Positions 37,431 through 53,160 of a stretch of 53,741 nucleotides of DNA are shown here, one piece after another (position 1 is the first letter of the stretch; each line of letters starts with the position of its first letter). The DNA is from Octopus sinensis (lineage: Eukaryota): assembly GCF_006345805.1 (NCBI RefSeq), contig NW_021831742.1:1-53741 (forward strand). Reading direction: 5' to 3'. Below the pieces are notes generated by a model that was not told the DNA's origin, searched no databases, and worked only from the letters and a program-made list of their open reading frames with translations. A program made the translations under genes and the position numbers.

Positions 37431-37677
37431 ATAATTAAATTTCATTTTTAATTGATTGAGATTCTGGGATGCCACTTTTCCTGTCTCTTTGGAGGAATTT
37501 CAGTTAACACTAACGAATATTCTCATCATCGATACAATTTCAGTGACTGAACATATTTTTGGTCCATCACATTGAGTGTAGCAGCATAAACTTAATATGT
37601 ACTTCATGTCCATTTTTCCGAGGAAATCTTTCAGTGTTATTTGGTGTATGTATGTATGTATGTATGTATGTATGTAT

Positions 37678-40610
<2,933 letters not shown>

Positions 40611-41326
40611 ATATATATATGTACGTACGTACGGACGGATGGATCGATGGATGGATCGATGGATTGATGAATACGTATACCAGTAAATCTTTTATTCAGT
40701 TTCTTATATCAGAGGCATTAGATGTGTAAAACACATAACGCATTTTTGCTTTGCATAATTAGTTTTCCTTAGTTTAATAATCTACAAGCAAATATGAAAA
40801 GCAAATAAATGAAATGCGTTTTACGGTTATTGCACTTATTGTCGATTAAAGCCGAATTGTGCTGTATATTAACAAATGATTGTCTACGTTTTGCTTTTAT
40901 CCATGGAGTTTTTTTTTAACCTTTATTTGTCGTCTGGAATGTACAAATTTAGAAAGAGCACCTGCAAATAAACTGGTTTTAACCAGTAATCGAATTTGCT
41001 CGCTGGGTCTTGTCCAGCATGGGCTTATAAAGTTTTACGGTAGTTTCCAAGGAAATATGTTGTTTGGCGATTAACAGTATATTCGCTTCTTTCATCATGA
41101 TCCAAGATTAAAGTAAATATGAACCAGTGTGTGTGTGTGTGCGTCTATATGCAGGCTGCCGGACTGTTTCTCGTATATAGCTGGAACAATATTTTTTTTA
41201 TTCATTCTGGCGGGAGAATACGCTGTGAAGTATTTAGTGAGGCGCTCCGTAATTTATACTGAGTTGCTAGCCTTAAACAAATAAATATATCAAACAATAT
41301 ATATATATATATATATAATATATATA

Positions 41327-41357
<31 letters not shown>

Positions 41358-41411
41358 CAAACAATATATATATATATATATATCAAACATATATATATAT
41401 ATATATATATA

Positions 41412-41465
<54 letters not shown>

Positions 41466-42061
41466 GTATATATTTGGAAAATAAATGAAACTATTAAAAT
41501 AAATTTTAAACGAACACAAAATTGAAACAATAAATATAAAGTAACAAGATAAATAAATAAATAAATAAATAAATAAAAGTAAAATAAAAATGCAAGATAT
41601 AAATAAATAAATATAAAATAAAACCTAACGAAAAATAAAATGCATTATTAAATTTTAACAGAGATAAAAGAGAATAAGGCAGAAAAAAAAAATAACAAGA
41701 AAAAAGGCCAGAACAAGAAATCTGTGTCAAAGTGTGATCTTTGTCGCCGACAAAGCTATCTCTGAACGCAATGTGGATCTTTGTTGTCCATCGTTGCTTT
41801 GTTGGTTGGTTGCGCTCATGTTATCATTTGCTGGCTTATTTTTTTTCCCCTTTAGTTGTTTTTTTTTTAACGGTCCGTTTATTTTATTTAATTTTTACCG
41901 TTGTTAGTCTGTTTTATGTTTTTTTTATGAATTTTTTTTTATGGTTTATGTGTTCGTTTGATAACTTTCTGCTTATTTTTCGCTTTGTCTTTCTCCCCCA
42001 CTGTTTATTTTGCTTGATTTGTTGGCTTTTTTTTAAAGTTTCTACATCATCACGGCCATCA

Positions 42062-42127
<66 letters not shown>

Positions 42128-42128
42128 C

Positions 42129-42187
<59 letters not shown>

Positions 42188-42192
42188 CATCA

Positions 42193-42223
<31 letters not shown>

Positions 42224-42276
42224 CATTATTACTATTATTATTATTATTATTATTATGATTATTATTATTATTATTA

Positions 42277-42316
<40 letters not shown>

Positions 42317-42323
42317 GATTATG

Positions 42324-42395
<72 letters not shown>

Positions 42396-42410
42396 GTTAT
42401 TATTATTATT
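42062..42410. repeat. (TTA/TCA)n microsatellite
   Basis: Direct inspection. Confidence 0.95.
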
Positions 42411-43343
42411 ATGTGAGTATATGTACTGCCAATTATTTATCGCGCTTCAAGACAAAGGGTCCTATGTGCGATGATATCGGATTGTAATGCTGTAGAGTTG
42501 AGTAAGTTAAGAGAGAGTACGCAATGTGTTAGCATTGTTCAGATAGTTGCTGTCGTTGTTATTGTTGTTGCTGTCTTCATTGTTTTTTTAAAATTTTTTT
42601 CCAAGATAATCTCTGATTGAGAAGACTAAAGACCAAAGACGTTTCCATCCCTGATCACTCAATCTTCACTCTAATGTAATGTAAACAGGACTACATTATT
42701 GTAGAGAAATACTCCCTTGCATCTCCTTGTTTAAAGCCAGTATATTTGTGATTTTTGGGAGAACTGACTGCTATCTCTTGCATAATGAGTTACCACTTAG
42801 AGCTCCCTCTTTGTCCCGTTTTTCTTATTGTTGTTGTTATTCTTATTGCTATTCCTTGCAGTGATGCAGGTGTGATTTGACAGGAGCGTTGAAGTACTTG
42901 GTCAATTAAATGGTCGAATCTCTGTGGTTACGAAACCTCTAGGTAAGGTCTGATTGTGTGGACCTATGAGCAAAGACATTCCAGCTGTAACCATCCCATC
43001 TTTTTGTAAATCTTGATCTGTCAATGTTTCGTTTCCTACCAATTTTTTAAGGCGGTAGAGTGCGATTTCGCACAGGGGTTAGATTTAACGGTAGGGTGTG
43101 ATTTGTCTGCTATTTCTAGCAGGTCAAGCGATCACGTTGAGGCTTGATGTAGTCGTTGTTATTTGGTCCAGTGTTATTATGATCAAAGGTGTTCTAGCCG
43201 TGACCGTCCTATCTTTTCTTCACAGAGTTAATGATGTATCTAAGATTGTACCACTGAAAATGGGTTCTAGGCTTTAAAGACAGCAGGGTGTAATTTGGGA
43301 GAGACTTAGTTGTTATTTGTGCAAGTCGATTGACTGAGTAGAT

Positions 43344-43569
43344 CAGTGGTTCTCAACCATTTTTTGCCTTTGATTTCTATTTTACTCAACTGGACCCCCA
43401 TAACCATTCAATATTTAAAAAAATCCTATAATATTTTAATAATTAAATATTATTAGGATTTGTATAAAAAATTATTAAAATATTTTGTGTGTTGTAGAAG
43501 TATAAATTTCAGCAACGAAGTATTATATGAACCCCCAAAGGTCATATGGGCCCCTTTTGGGAACCACTG
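43344..43569 (+). mobile_element. hAT/Charlie-like MITE (226 bp)
   Basis: TIRs cagtggttctcaa / gggaaccactg; TAGA-containing imperfect 8 bp flanks; AT-rich interior. Confidence 0.7.
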
Positions 43570-43670
43570 GCTAGATGGGTTTCCTCGCTGGCCCCAATAT
43601 GACTTTGCTGTCATTGTTGATGTCCTTCATTATGAAGTAGCTATTGTTTCAGTTATCGTTTTAAACTTCT

Positions 43671-43886
43671 TATTACTTTATTGCCCGCAAGGGGCTAAAC
43701 ATATAAGGGAGAAACAAGGACAGACAAACGGATTAAGTTGATTACATCGAACCCAGTGCGTAATTGGCACGTAATTTATCGACCCCGAAAGGATGAAAGG
43801 CAAAGTCGACCTCGGCAGAATTTGAACCCAGAACGTAGCGGCAGACAAAATACCGCTAAGTATTTCGCCCGGCATGCTAACGTTTT
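43671..43886 (-). mobile_element. C-family SINE monomer, head-truncated, 13 bp TSD
   Basis: TSD gttttaaacttct at 43658-43670 and 43887-43899. Confidence 0.9.
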
Positions 43887-44347
43887 GTTTTAAACTTCTG
43901 TCATATTTATACAAACAGTAAGACGTTACAGCCTTCACCACTATGCCATTTATTTGATATATAGTCTATCTATAAGAATTAGTATCCAATATGTTCCTCG
44001 GTTTTTAAGATAGTATAGTGTGAATTGCATGTGATTTGGCTCCCGTTTCTTGTGCATTTTGTTACGTTACTTATTTAGTGAATTTCGTAGACGTTATTTT
44101 GAATGTTAAAACTACACATCGTTCTCAGTGATAAAAGTCAGTACGGAGATGATATAAGATGATATAGCTGGTAATTATGATTTAATGGTAATAGTTGGTT
44201 TCATGTTGGCTCTCAGTTTTATTTGATTTATCAATACGACAAATAGACTTTGCAAAGTATCAGAGTTACCCTCTGCACTATCAATTCATCCTACAACTGA
44301 GCGATTTTTAACCTTTCCAATTCACGGTACTCTGACTATGGTATAGG

Positions 44348-44872
44348 CACACGCCAGAAAATGTCACAGAAAATGAGAAAGCAACAATACTATGGGATAT
44401 GCCAATACACACAGATAGAGAAATTAAGGCAAATAGGCCAGATATAGTTGTCATGAAGAAAATTGCTTTCTAATTTATGCATAAATACCAACAGATTACA
44501 ATGATTCTCTAAAAGAAATGGAGAAACTTTCAAAATACAAATACCTGGAAATAGAGGTAACTCGAATATGGAGTCTAAAAGCAGAAACAATTCCTATTAT
44601 AGTGTGCGCATTAGGTATGATAAAAAAATATTCAGACAAATGCATAACAAAATCACCAGGACTTACAAATATATATAACATACAGAAAATAGCACTACTA
44701 GGCAATGCACACATCCTATGTAAAAAAATTTCAATACAATAACGATAAGAGCATCACAGCAAAGCACAGCATATACCCAAGGCACACAGAGGTGCGCTCA
44801 GTTGTGCAGTGAAAGCACGTTATAAAAATAAGACTACTGAATATTAATAATAATCTCATAAAGAAAAGAATA
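44348..44872 (+). mobile_element. R4/Dong-like REL retrotransposon 3' end (uninterrupted by SINE, decayed)
   Basis: HTPENVTENEKATILWDMPIHTDREIKANRPDIVV...EMEKLSKYKYLEIEVTRIWSLKAETIPIIVCALG...IQKIALLGNAHIL: PD-(D/E)xK REL motif. Confidence 0.85.
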
Positions 44873-44877
44873 AAAAC

Positions 44878-44998
44878 TGACACTCCGTCCGTTACAACGA
44901 CGAGGGTTCCAGTTGATCTAATCAACGGAACAGTCTACTCGTGAAATTAATGTGTAAGTCGCTGAGCACTCCACAGATACGCGTATCTTTAACGTGAT
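44878..44998 (-). mobile_element. A-family SINE tail fragment
   Basis: cactccgtccgttacaacgacgagggttcc...gagcactccacagatacg. Confidence 0.8.
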
Positions 44999-44999
44999 T

Positions 45000-46500
45000 C
45001 TCTTGCAGGTTGATCAACTGTATAGAAGTTCTCTAGTTGACTTCAAGTTGAAGTTTTTATTGCTAATATCAGTTGAAAATGAAATTATTATCTGTGCCGT
45101 TACATTAGCCTTACATGAGACATGGTCATGCATGCAAATCATCAACTCATCTACCTTCTAAGATATCTGCCTCTGCTCTTTTCAGTTATATACAATTCCT
45201 ATAAGACGACATTATCCATTGGTCTACTATTTGTAAGACATCATTTAATCAACTGAGCACTTAATGGCTATTTTTAGTCGGTCAAGTGACTGTTAGACCT
45301 CCTTCATTGATTTGTGTTACCTTGGCTCGTTTTCTCATTTGGTGTTGTAACTTCTTTATAAATGGTAGTAAAGATGCGATGGAAGGCGATGATGGTTCCT
45401 TTATTTATGTTCTCTGAATTTTGAGTTCGTCCATTATTTGACAAAATATATTGTAAGTCAGTTTCATGTACTGTACTCAGTTCAAAATGTTTGGCATTGT
45501 GCTTAAGTTATAAATTATTATTATTTAGATGAAAATTAGGGTCAACTATGACCCCTTGAGGCTTTTGGCACAACGGCAGCAGGTTCGGTTCAGTAGATAT
45601 TGGCTGTTTGAACTTTTATAAGTTGATGCATATAAGAAAAATAGTATCGATAGAGAAGGAATTTCTGAGAGAGGCTTTTCAAGGTAAGAAGAATTGGTAA
45701 TTAGATTAGTTTGAACTTCGAAGAGAATCAGACAGTGAGGATTTAGCTAAGGGTGTCTAAGTTTAGAAGAGCGAAATTTGATGTTACAGTGGTTGAAGAG
45801 ACAGTGAAAAGAAATATGCGAGTCAATGATCATAGTATTGTGCAAGAATAATTGTACGGCAGATGGTATAATATAGTCATTGATGGTACTATGAATTTAA
45901 CAAAATAGTCGTTGCCCACCGATGAATCCTGAGACGGCGGTGGGGGAAGGAGGATCCTCCGGAGATGTCAGAGGGACTCCACCCTCCCGTCGTAAAAGGA
46001 AAAAAGAAGAGAAAAAAAGAAAAAAAACGGGGCATGCCGGCGACGACATGTCCTGAAACTTCGGTGGGATGTGTGCCACCGGAGTGGGGGATGAAGATAA
46101 TCTCGTCAGTGGGATGTGTGCACCCAGCGAGGGAGTCGAGGCCCATACCAGCGAAAGTGGTGAAGAACATATATTCTTCTATCTCAGGAGAGGGGCTATT
46201 GACAGTTTCGTGGAGAATAACATGGATAGTCGGATCCTGGGGGAGCCGACTTGTATTGCAAGCAGGTGGCTGCTCTGGTACCGGAAAGAAAGTATTGTGA
46301 TCTCATAATTGACTCGTGTAAAAACGAGAATTATAGAATTTCTTTTTGGAGTCCCAGATTGCGGTTGCAGGAATCCCTGCAAGTTGCAAGAAAATTCCTC
46401 GTGGAAGGACTGTAGAGGTTTATCGCCTCCAATTTGTGTATAAATTTGTTTTATAATTGTATGGACTTTTTAGTTCAAATATATTGTATTTTAAATTGTA
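45000..46500 (-). pseudogene. Possible decayed CR1-like LINE 5' half (ORF1 esterase-like end, Pro/Ser linker, APE endonuclease)
   Basis: Minus translation: SFRYQSSHLL..GSPRIRLSMLFSTKL (SGNH-like DGxHL block), TIIAFHR (IxxxYRPP-like), NFYTVDQPAR (V.EPTR-like); many stops. Confidence 0.4.
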
Positions 46501-48427
46501 AGAGGATTAATACCTCTGTATATGCGTTTTTAAAGAACAATGATTTAGAGAAGCAGAGGGACGGCGGGTGCTTTCAGTCTTCTCCCATCTTTATCATTTT
46601 TGTATCATAATCATTCGCCTCATCAATGTCTGTGTCCAGCTCGCAAAGTTACCTTATCTACGTGCTGCCTACATGGCAAATTTAATGAATAAAAGCAGTC
46701 GTTAGTTGACAATGTCGAGTCAGTTGATATTTGAACTCCAGTAAGTTGATGCATGTAAGAAAAATAGCATTAGCAGAGAGGTAGTTCCAGAAGGGTGCTA
46801 TGGGAGTAAATCTCCCGCGTGATGACAATATCTCGGGCGGAGTGGGATGGGGGGGGGGTTATTCATTTGTCTCTGGTCCAATCAATGCTGCAGAAAACAG
46901 AGCCTGCACAAACCTGAGTAGGTCCTTGTGGAACGAATACAAGTATTAAATAGTTACATACGAGGCGTCTAGTAACTGAGCGTCGTAAGCGCCACCCCGG
47001 GTATTTTCGAGGTTAGTATATCCATTTCTTTCTCTCGGCGTCTAGAATCCGAAAAGTTGGAGGAAGAACCAGTGAGGCTTGCAATAAGGTCGAAAATCCG
47101 ACTGCAAAAAATTGTACCTCGACGCTGTTGACTTGACACTCGCTCACCCAAACTCAGACCAGAGAGTTTAGTAGCACACCATCGTAAGCACACACAATGA
47201 ATAACTTTGGTGTGGTCCCTGTATCGTTTTTCGAGGTATTAGGGCTCATTTTCTAATATTCCTCGTTGCCTTTGTAACGACAATGGGCTATTATCTTACT
47301 ATCTTGTCTTACTTACCTCTTAAAGATATTTACCTTGGTATATTAAAACACAAACAATACCTTTGGGATGAGGTCACTGCATGTTTTTTCTAGGTATTAT
47401 GGCTAAAATATGCAATGCGATGAACCATTTCGTAGTAGCGGTAGATTCTACAAAATAAGAAAGACGGAGCCATTGTTTCATCTTTCAGATGCATACATAA
47501 ATAAATAATTTCACATAGGTGGACTGATTAGAGGAGGTCTTCACGGTCATTTTAAGACCAAAAACAGCTTTCTAACTGCATTCCTTGTCGAGATATCCCA
47601 TTCTGAATGTCACGGAAGTTTCACGGCGTTTTTCTTGGTTTTTAAGTTGTGGCGCTTACGACGGTCTGTTACTAAACGTCTCATATGTTGTGGCTCTTTT
47701 TGTTGTTTAGTACCCCGGCGGCTCTGAAAGACACTCCGAATATGACCATTTATTTATACACTAGATACAATCTGTTTTTAATCCAGGTATAGTGTGGTCA
47801 AGGTATATCTTGTATATGCTATTTCAAGACAATAAGTTGTGATTTCAGAGAGATCTGGATGCCTTTTCTCTTAAGACAAATGAAAACTCAGAAGCAAGGT
47901 TGTTAACTTGACATAGACTCTTAGTTTACTAATGTATTTTGTGAGCTAAGGATACTTAATTTTGTGTACAACAGACCACCTCTAATGCAATTCGAACCGA
48001 CTAATCAGCAGCTTAAAAACGTAAAGTACACAACTAGTTCCATCATTCTCCAATAATTTATTGTCACTAAAATGTATCGATCCCAGCTTCAATTAGGATA
48101 ATCATTTATGTTGAAAAATTAAACATCAAATGTTTTTTTTTCATGAATCAATAATCGATAATCCATTGAAAGATTTGTATTTTTTAAAAAAATATTTTAA
48201 TCCCAGTTTATCTCAACCCACATATTTTCCTCGTTATTGTTTGTTATATGCTTAGAACTGTGCTCTAAATCGCTGGGTAAATATTGTTATTAACGTACAT
48301 TGTGTGTGAACAGAGTGGTGATGTCAACGGCGCCGATGAACATGACAACGTTGGTGATAACGTTAACGACGGCGACGACGACGAAGATGATAATGGTAAT
48401 GATGTTGTTATCTTTCTTCTACTCTTG

Positions 48428-48836
48428 GCACAAGGCCCAAAATTTTTGGCGAGGGGCCAGTCGATTAGATCAAGCCCAGTACGCAACTGGTACTTAATTT
48501 ATCGAGTCCGAAAGGATGAAAGGCAAAGTCGACCTAGGCGGAATTTGAACTCAGCGTAAAGACACGAAGTACCGCTAAGCATTTCGCCCGGCGTGCTAAC
48601 GTTTCTCCTTTCTATATTGCCCACAAGGGGCTAAACATAGAGGGGAAAACAAGGAAAGTCAAACGGATTAAGTCGATTACATCGACCCCAATGCGTAACT
48701 GGTACTTATTTAATCGACGCCGAAAGGATGAAAGGCAAAGTCGACCTCGGCGGAATTTGAACTCAGAACGTAACGGCAGACGAAATCCGGCTAAGCATTT
48801 TGTCCGGCGTGCTAACGTTTCTGCCAACTCGCCGCC
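48428..48836 (-). mobile_element. C-family heterodimer: C1-tail copy (48607-48836) fused into the head of an alternative-tail copy (48428-48606)
   Basis: Junction ...gggcaatatagaaagg|agaaacgttagcacgcc on the minus strand; one complete head only. Confidence 0.85.
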
Positions 48837-48839
48837 TTA

Positions 48840-49280
48840 ATGATGGTAATAATGTTGATTATGATCGTGGTAATGACGATACAAGAGGCGACGGTAGTGT
48901 TGAGAATAGTGATTACAATACACTTGTTGGTGAATATAGTGGTGGATGTGGTGGTGATGGTGATAATGATGATGATGATTGTGGTGGTCGTGTTGTCGGT
49001 GGTTGAGGTGGTGATGACGGTAACGACGTTGGCGGTGGTGACAGTGGCGTTGGTGACAGTGGCGGTGAGGATGGCGAAGGCAAAGTTGAGGAAAATAGGA
49101 AAGAGTATAAAAGAGAGAAAGACGGTGAAAAAGAAAATATTATGCGATGATGATGATAATAATTATTATTATTATTACGATGATGATGATGATGACTATG
49201 ATGATGATGATGAAGACCACGACCACGACGAGGACATGATGATTACGATGACAATGGTGATAGCAACAATGATGATAAAT

Positions 49281-49314
<34 letters not shown>

Positions 49315-49500
49315 GGATGATGAGGATGATGATGTTGATGGCAATGATGATTATGATGATGATGATGGTGATGATGATGATGATAGTGATGTTGATGATG
49401 ATGATGATGATGATGATGTTAATGGCGATGATGATGATGATGACGATGATGTTGATGGTGATGATGATGATGATTGTGATGACGATGGCGATGACGACGA
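48840..49500. repeat. (GAT/GGT)n trinucleotide mosaic
   Basis: Direct inspection; source of the 296 aa poly-M ORF. Confidence 0.9.
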
Positions 49501-49864
49501 TTATGCTAAAAACTTTACTTGAATACATATCGACCAGTGAAAAATGTCTGACAGTTCAGTTATCGATTTCGATCAGAGCGATCACAACCCATCAACAAAA
49601 TTTAACAAGATTGTTTTATCCAGCAGCACTGAATCATTTGAGTTACGTCATCGTAACACTGTTGCTGTTACTGTTATTGCCGTCATGCTATCGTTGGTGG
49701 TGGTGGTGGTGGTTGTGGTGGAGGTGTTGACGGTGATACGGTAGTAATAATGATAATGATGACGCTGGTGGTGCTGGTGGCAATGATGATGACGACGACG
49801 ATGATGATGATTAAAGTCTATGCTGTTACATGACTCGATAGGCAGCAAATAAATAAATAAATAA

Positions 49865-50560
49865 ATAAAAAAATAAACAAGAGCACTTAGAGAGCGCACA
49901 CCCCCGCAAAGGCAATACCACTAACGTCCTCTCAACGATTAGCCAGACATGATTTTTAAAATGAGAATATCTGAAATAAACTCGGCTGCTCTCACATACG
50001 AGACTATTAAAAATAAACCCGACCACTCTCAAAAATCTTTATATATAAAAGTGAAGTTGTGTGTCTGTCTCCTACGATTTAGATTCCTAACTATTCCCAC
50101 ATTTTGCGGTGCAGTGTAACCAAAAGTGGGTATCTTATAGTCGTGATTCATATCGAGCCCTTCTGGGTATTAGCGCGCGTCTACGATGAGTATACGATTT
50201 TTAAAAAAAATTACCATCATTTTTTCCCATTTGTAATGAATTTTTCTGCTATTATATAAGGGAAGTAACTCTCTAAAAATGCATTATTAAATCTCAGAAC
50301 GTAAAAAGCTATAGTAACACCTCCCTCCTTTGTGGTTAGCCATATTGAGATGGCTATTATACTTTACATCTCTAAAAATGCTTATATAGTTATTTCCCTT
50401 AGAAACCCGAGCAACGCCGGGCGATACTGCTAGTTAAGTATAAAAAGAAAAAAGAAACTGGAAAAAGAATCCAAAATCTGTTCGTGCCAGTCACGAGGCC
50501 AAACATCCCTGAAAGTTTCATCCGAATCCATCCAGCGGTTCTTGAGATATCTTGTCCATG
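49865..50560 (+). mobile_element. Interspersed repeat (possibly Helentron-associated/HINE-like) split by a Helitron
   Basis: caagagcacttagagagcgc... and ...aaagtttcatccgaatccatccagcggttcttgagatatc; flanks rejoin as ctctcaaaaa|ttaagta; family recalled from memory. Confidence 0.5.
50036..50433 (+). mobile_element. Complete non-autonomous Helitron (398 bp)
   Basis: a|TCTTTATATATAAAAG start; hairpin cccg-agcaacgc-cggg; ends CTAG|t; no TSD. Confidence 0.88.
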
Positions 50561-50564
50561 GAGT

Positions 50565-50697
50565 TCATATTCCGCCGAGGTCGACTTTTCCTTTCGAGGT
50601 CGATAAATTAAGTACCAGTTGCGTACTAAGGTCGATCTAATCGACTGGACCCCTCCCCCAAAATTTCGGGCCTTTTGCCTAGAGTAGAAAAGAATAT
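50565..50697 (+). mobile_element. C-family SINE fragment, alternative tail (ccccaaaatttcgggcc...tagagtagaaaagaat)
   Basis: ttccgccgaggtcgac...gtcgataaattaagtaccagtt core. Confidence 0.8.
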
Positions 50698-50832
50698 CCT
50701 GGTACTTCCTGTTCAGTTAAATATGTCGCAGTACATCAGCGGACCATAGGGAGCATAGCGGTTAATAACTTCTGCTTTGGATCCTAAGTCTTGAATAACT
50801 TATACCGTTTTCTAAGCAAGTTAAACACACGT

Positions 50833-50888
<56 letters not shown>

Positions 50889-51575
50889 ACACACACGTCC
50901 ATTCATTTGTGTGTGTGTGTGTATGTGTAAGTATGTATGTGTGGTATATATACGTGTGTGCATGTATATTTTTTATATAGCTTCTGCAATCTCCGATGTT
51001 TCGTTTCTATTCTTTGGCGCTCATCTAAGAAATAACAGATAACGAAGGAAATGATATAGAATATGGGAATAAAATCGAGACACTGGAACTAGAAACACAA
51101 ACTGAATCCTAAAATGGGAGAAAGAGGTAAAAATGGAAAAATAAAGAAAAGGTGTGAATGAGCGAAAGATACCAAGATGGAGTTACAGCTATACAGAATA
51201 TTCCTGTTTAATCAACCGTCTGGCTGAAATCCAATGCTGTAGATGAAGTAATCTACATCATTTTCTAAGGTTTCCTGTTGCCGTCTCCTGGTAGTTTTGA
51301 AGCCATACAAAGTTCTTAGATCTGGAATTTAATCCACGAAGTTCTGCAGCCTGAGTTACAAGGTGTAAAATATCCTCATCTCTAGGAACACAATGGAAAT
51401 TGCTTGCAGCCGACTGGAACTCAAATCACGCGTAAGCAAATAATTTGGTAACCCATTCACTCAGCCATTTTATGTCCACAAGAAAATATGTATGAAAGAA
51501 TAAAGGCTTGACAAGAAAATCAAACCGCAAGTTTAGAACGAATGGACGAATTAAGAGGGAGATAATAAACGATGG

Positions 51576-51682
<107 letters not shown>

Positions 51683-51700
51683 CATCCATTTCTTTCTTCT

Positions 51701-51772
51701 CCCCAAAAAGAAAAGCTCTACTTTGTAATTTGTCCCGTCTGCGTTCAGCCCTGTGTGGCTAATAAAGAAACA

Positions 51773-51853
<81 letters not shown>

Positions 51854-52039
51854 GTCTGTCTGTCTGTCTGTTCTTTTCTTCCCTTTTACGATCCCTCTTG
51901 ATCGAAAACCCACGCCACCCCTTTTTTCTTTTTTTTTCTTTTGTTTCTTTTGTTTTTTGTTTTTTTCATCCCCCAAAAGAAAAGCTCTACTTTGTAACTT
52001 GTCCCATCTGTGTGCAGCCCTGTGTGGCCAATAAAGAAA
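51701..52039 (+). mobile_element. Two ~70 bp copies (51701-51770, 51971-52039) of a retroelement 3' end within (TATC)n
   Basis: ccccaaaagaaaagctctactttgtaa(t/c)ttgtccc...cagccctgtgtggc(t/c)aataaagaaa followed by (TATC)n. Confidence 0.7.
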
Positions 52040-52040
52040 C

Positions 52041-52102
<62 letters not shown>

Positions 52103-52262
52103 CTTTCTTTATCTATCCCGTCTACCTGCATGTCTGTTGGATTGTTGGTATGGCTGTTTTAGTATACATGGAATAGTAATATAACACATCCTTTTGATAT
52201 ATATATATTGATAGAGAGATGAATAGACAGAAGAAGAGCAAGAGCGATAGATAGGGAGAGAC

Positions 52263-52298
<36 letters not shown>

Positions 52299-52845
52299 TA
52301 GAAGGAATTAAGGAAGGGAAAAAGAAAAAGGTGATGTGGTCTGGGTGAAAGAGAAAAACAAATCTGTTATGAGTAAGTAAATATAAATTCTGATTGGTTG
52401 TGGAACGTCCAGAACTATAGCCATGGTTTTCCATTCGGTAATTTTTCTCTATCTCTCACCTCCACTCTTTCCCGCTTTTCTTCTTCTTCTTCGCCACCAT
52501 TTCCCCCCTCATTCTGCATCCGACACTGCGACAGATGGATGCTGATATAAATAAAGACAATGTGAGAAATAAAAACAAAAAGAATAAAAAAAAAGCAAGA
52601 AAACATGTCGACACCAAGCGGGCTAACTTCATCTTTATACTTCAGGCATCATTATATCTATTGTATCACTGAACTGCTTTATAGACATTATATCAGGATC
52701 TCACATCAACCCTTTCTCTTTCTTTATATATACATACATATCACTGTTTTTCCATCTTCTCATATCTTCTCCTGTCCTCAAGCACTCATTTCCGGCGTTC
52801 GACCTTTCAACTGGCAACTCCATCATTTTTTATAGGACAGCTACT

Positions 52846-52879
52846 TTTCTTTGTTTGTTTGTTTGTTTGTTTGTTTGTT

Positions 52880-52911
<32 letters not shown>

Positions 52912-53117
52912 TCATTCTTTCTTTCATTCTTTCTTTCTTTCTTTTTTTCTTTTTTTCTTTCTTTCTTTCTGCCTTTCTTCCATCCTTTCTTTCTTTCTTT
53001 CTTTCTTCTTTCTTTCTTCCTTTCCTTCTTTCTTTCTTCATCCATTCTTTTTCTTTCTTCTTTCTTTCTTCTTTCTTTCTTTCTTTCTTTCTTTTCTTTC
53101 ATTCTTTCTTTCATTAT

Positions 53118-53157
<40 letters not shown>

Positions 53158-53160
53158 ATG
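52846..53160. repeat. (TTTG)n/(TTTC)n microsatellite
   Basis: Direct inspection. Confidence 0.95.

Noticed and set aside
42600-43343. Fragments of an old repeat (gatttg..tgctatttctagcagg.., also ~25475)
   Set aside because: Recurs in the window but is too decayed to delimit or classify reliably.
45922-46308. Plus-strand GC-rich reading frame MNPETAVGEGG...(stop)...MCATGVGDED
   Set aside because: Interrupted by a stop and better explained as the antisense of a decayed LINE ORF1/linker; no recognisable domain.
49544-49744. 66 aa ORF with an apparent transmembrane tail (MSDSSVIDFD...)
   Set aside because: The hydrophobic part is (GTG/GTT)n microsatellite; no supporting splice or promoter evidence.
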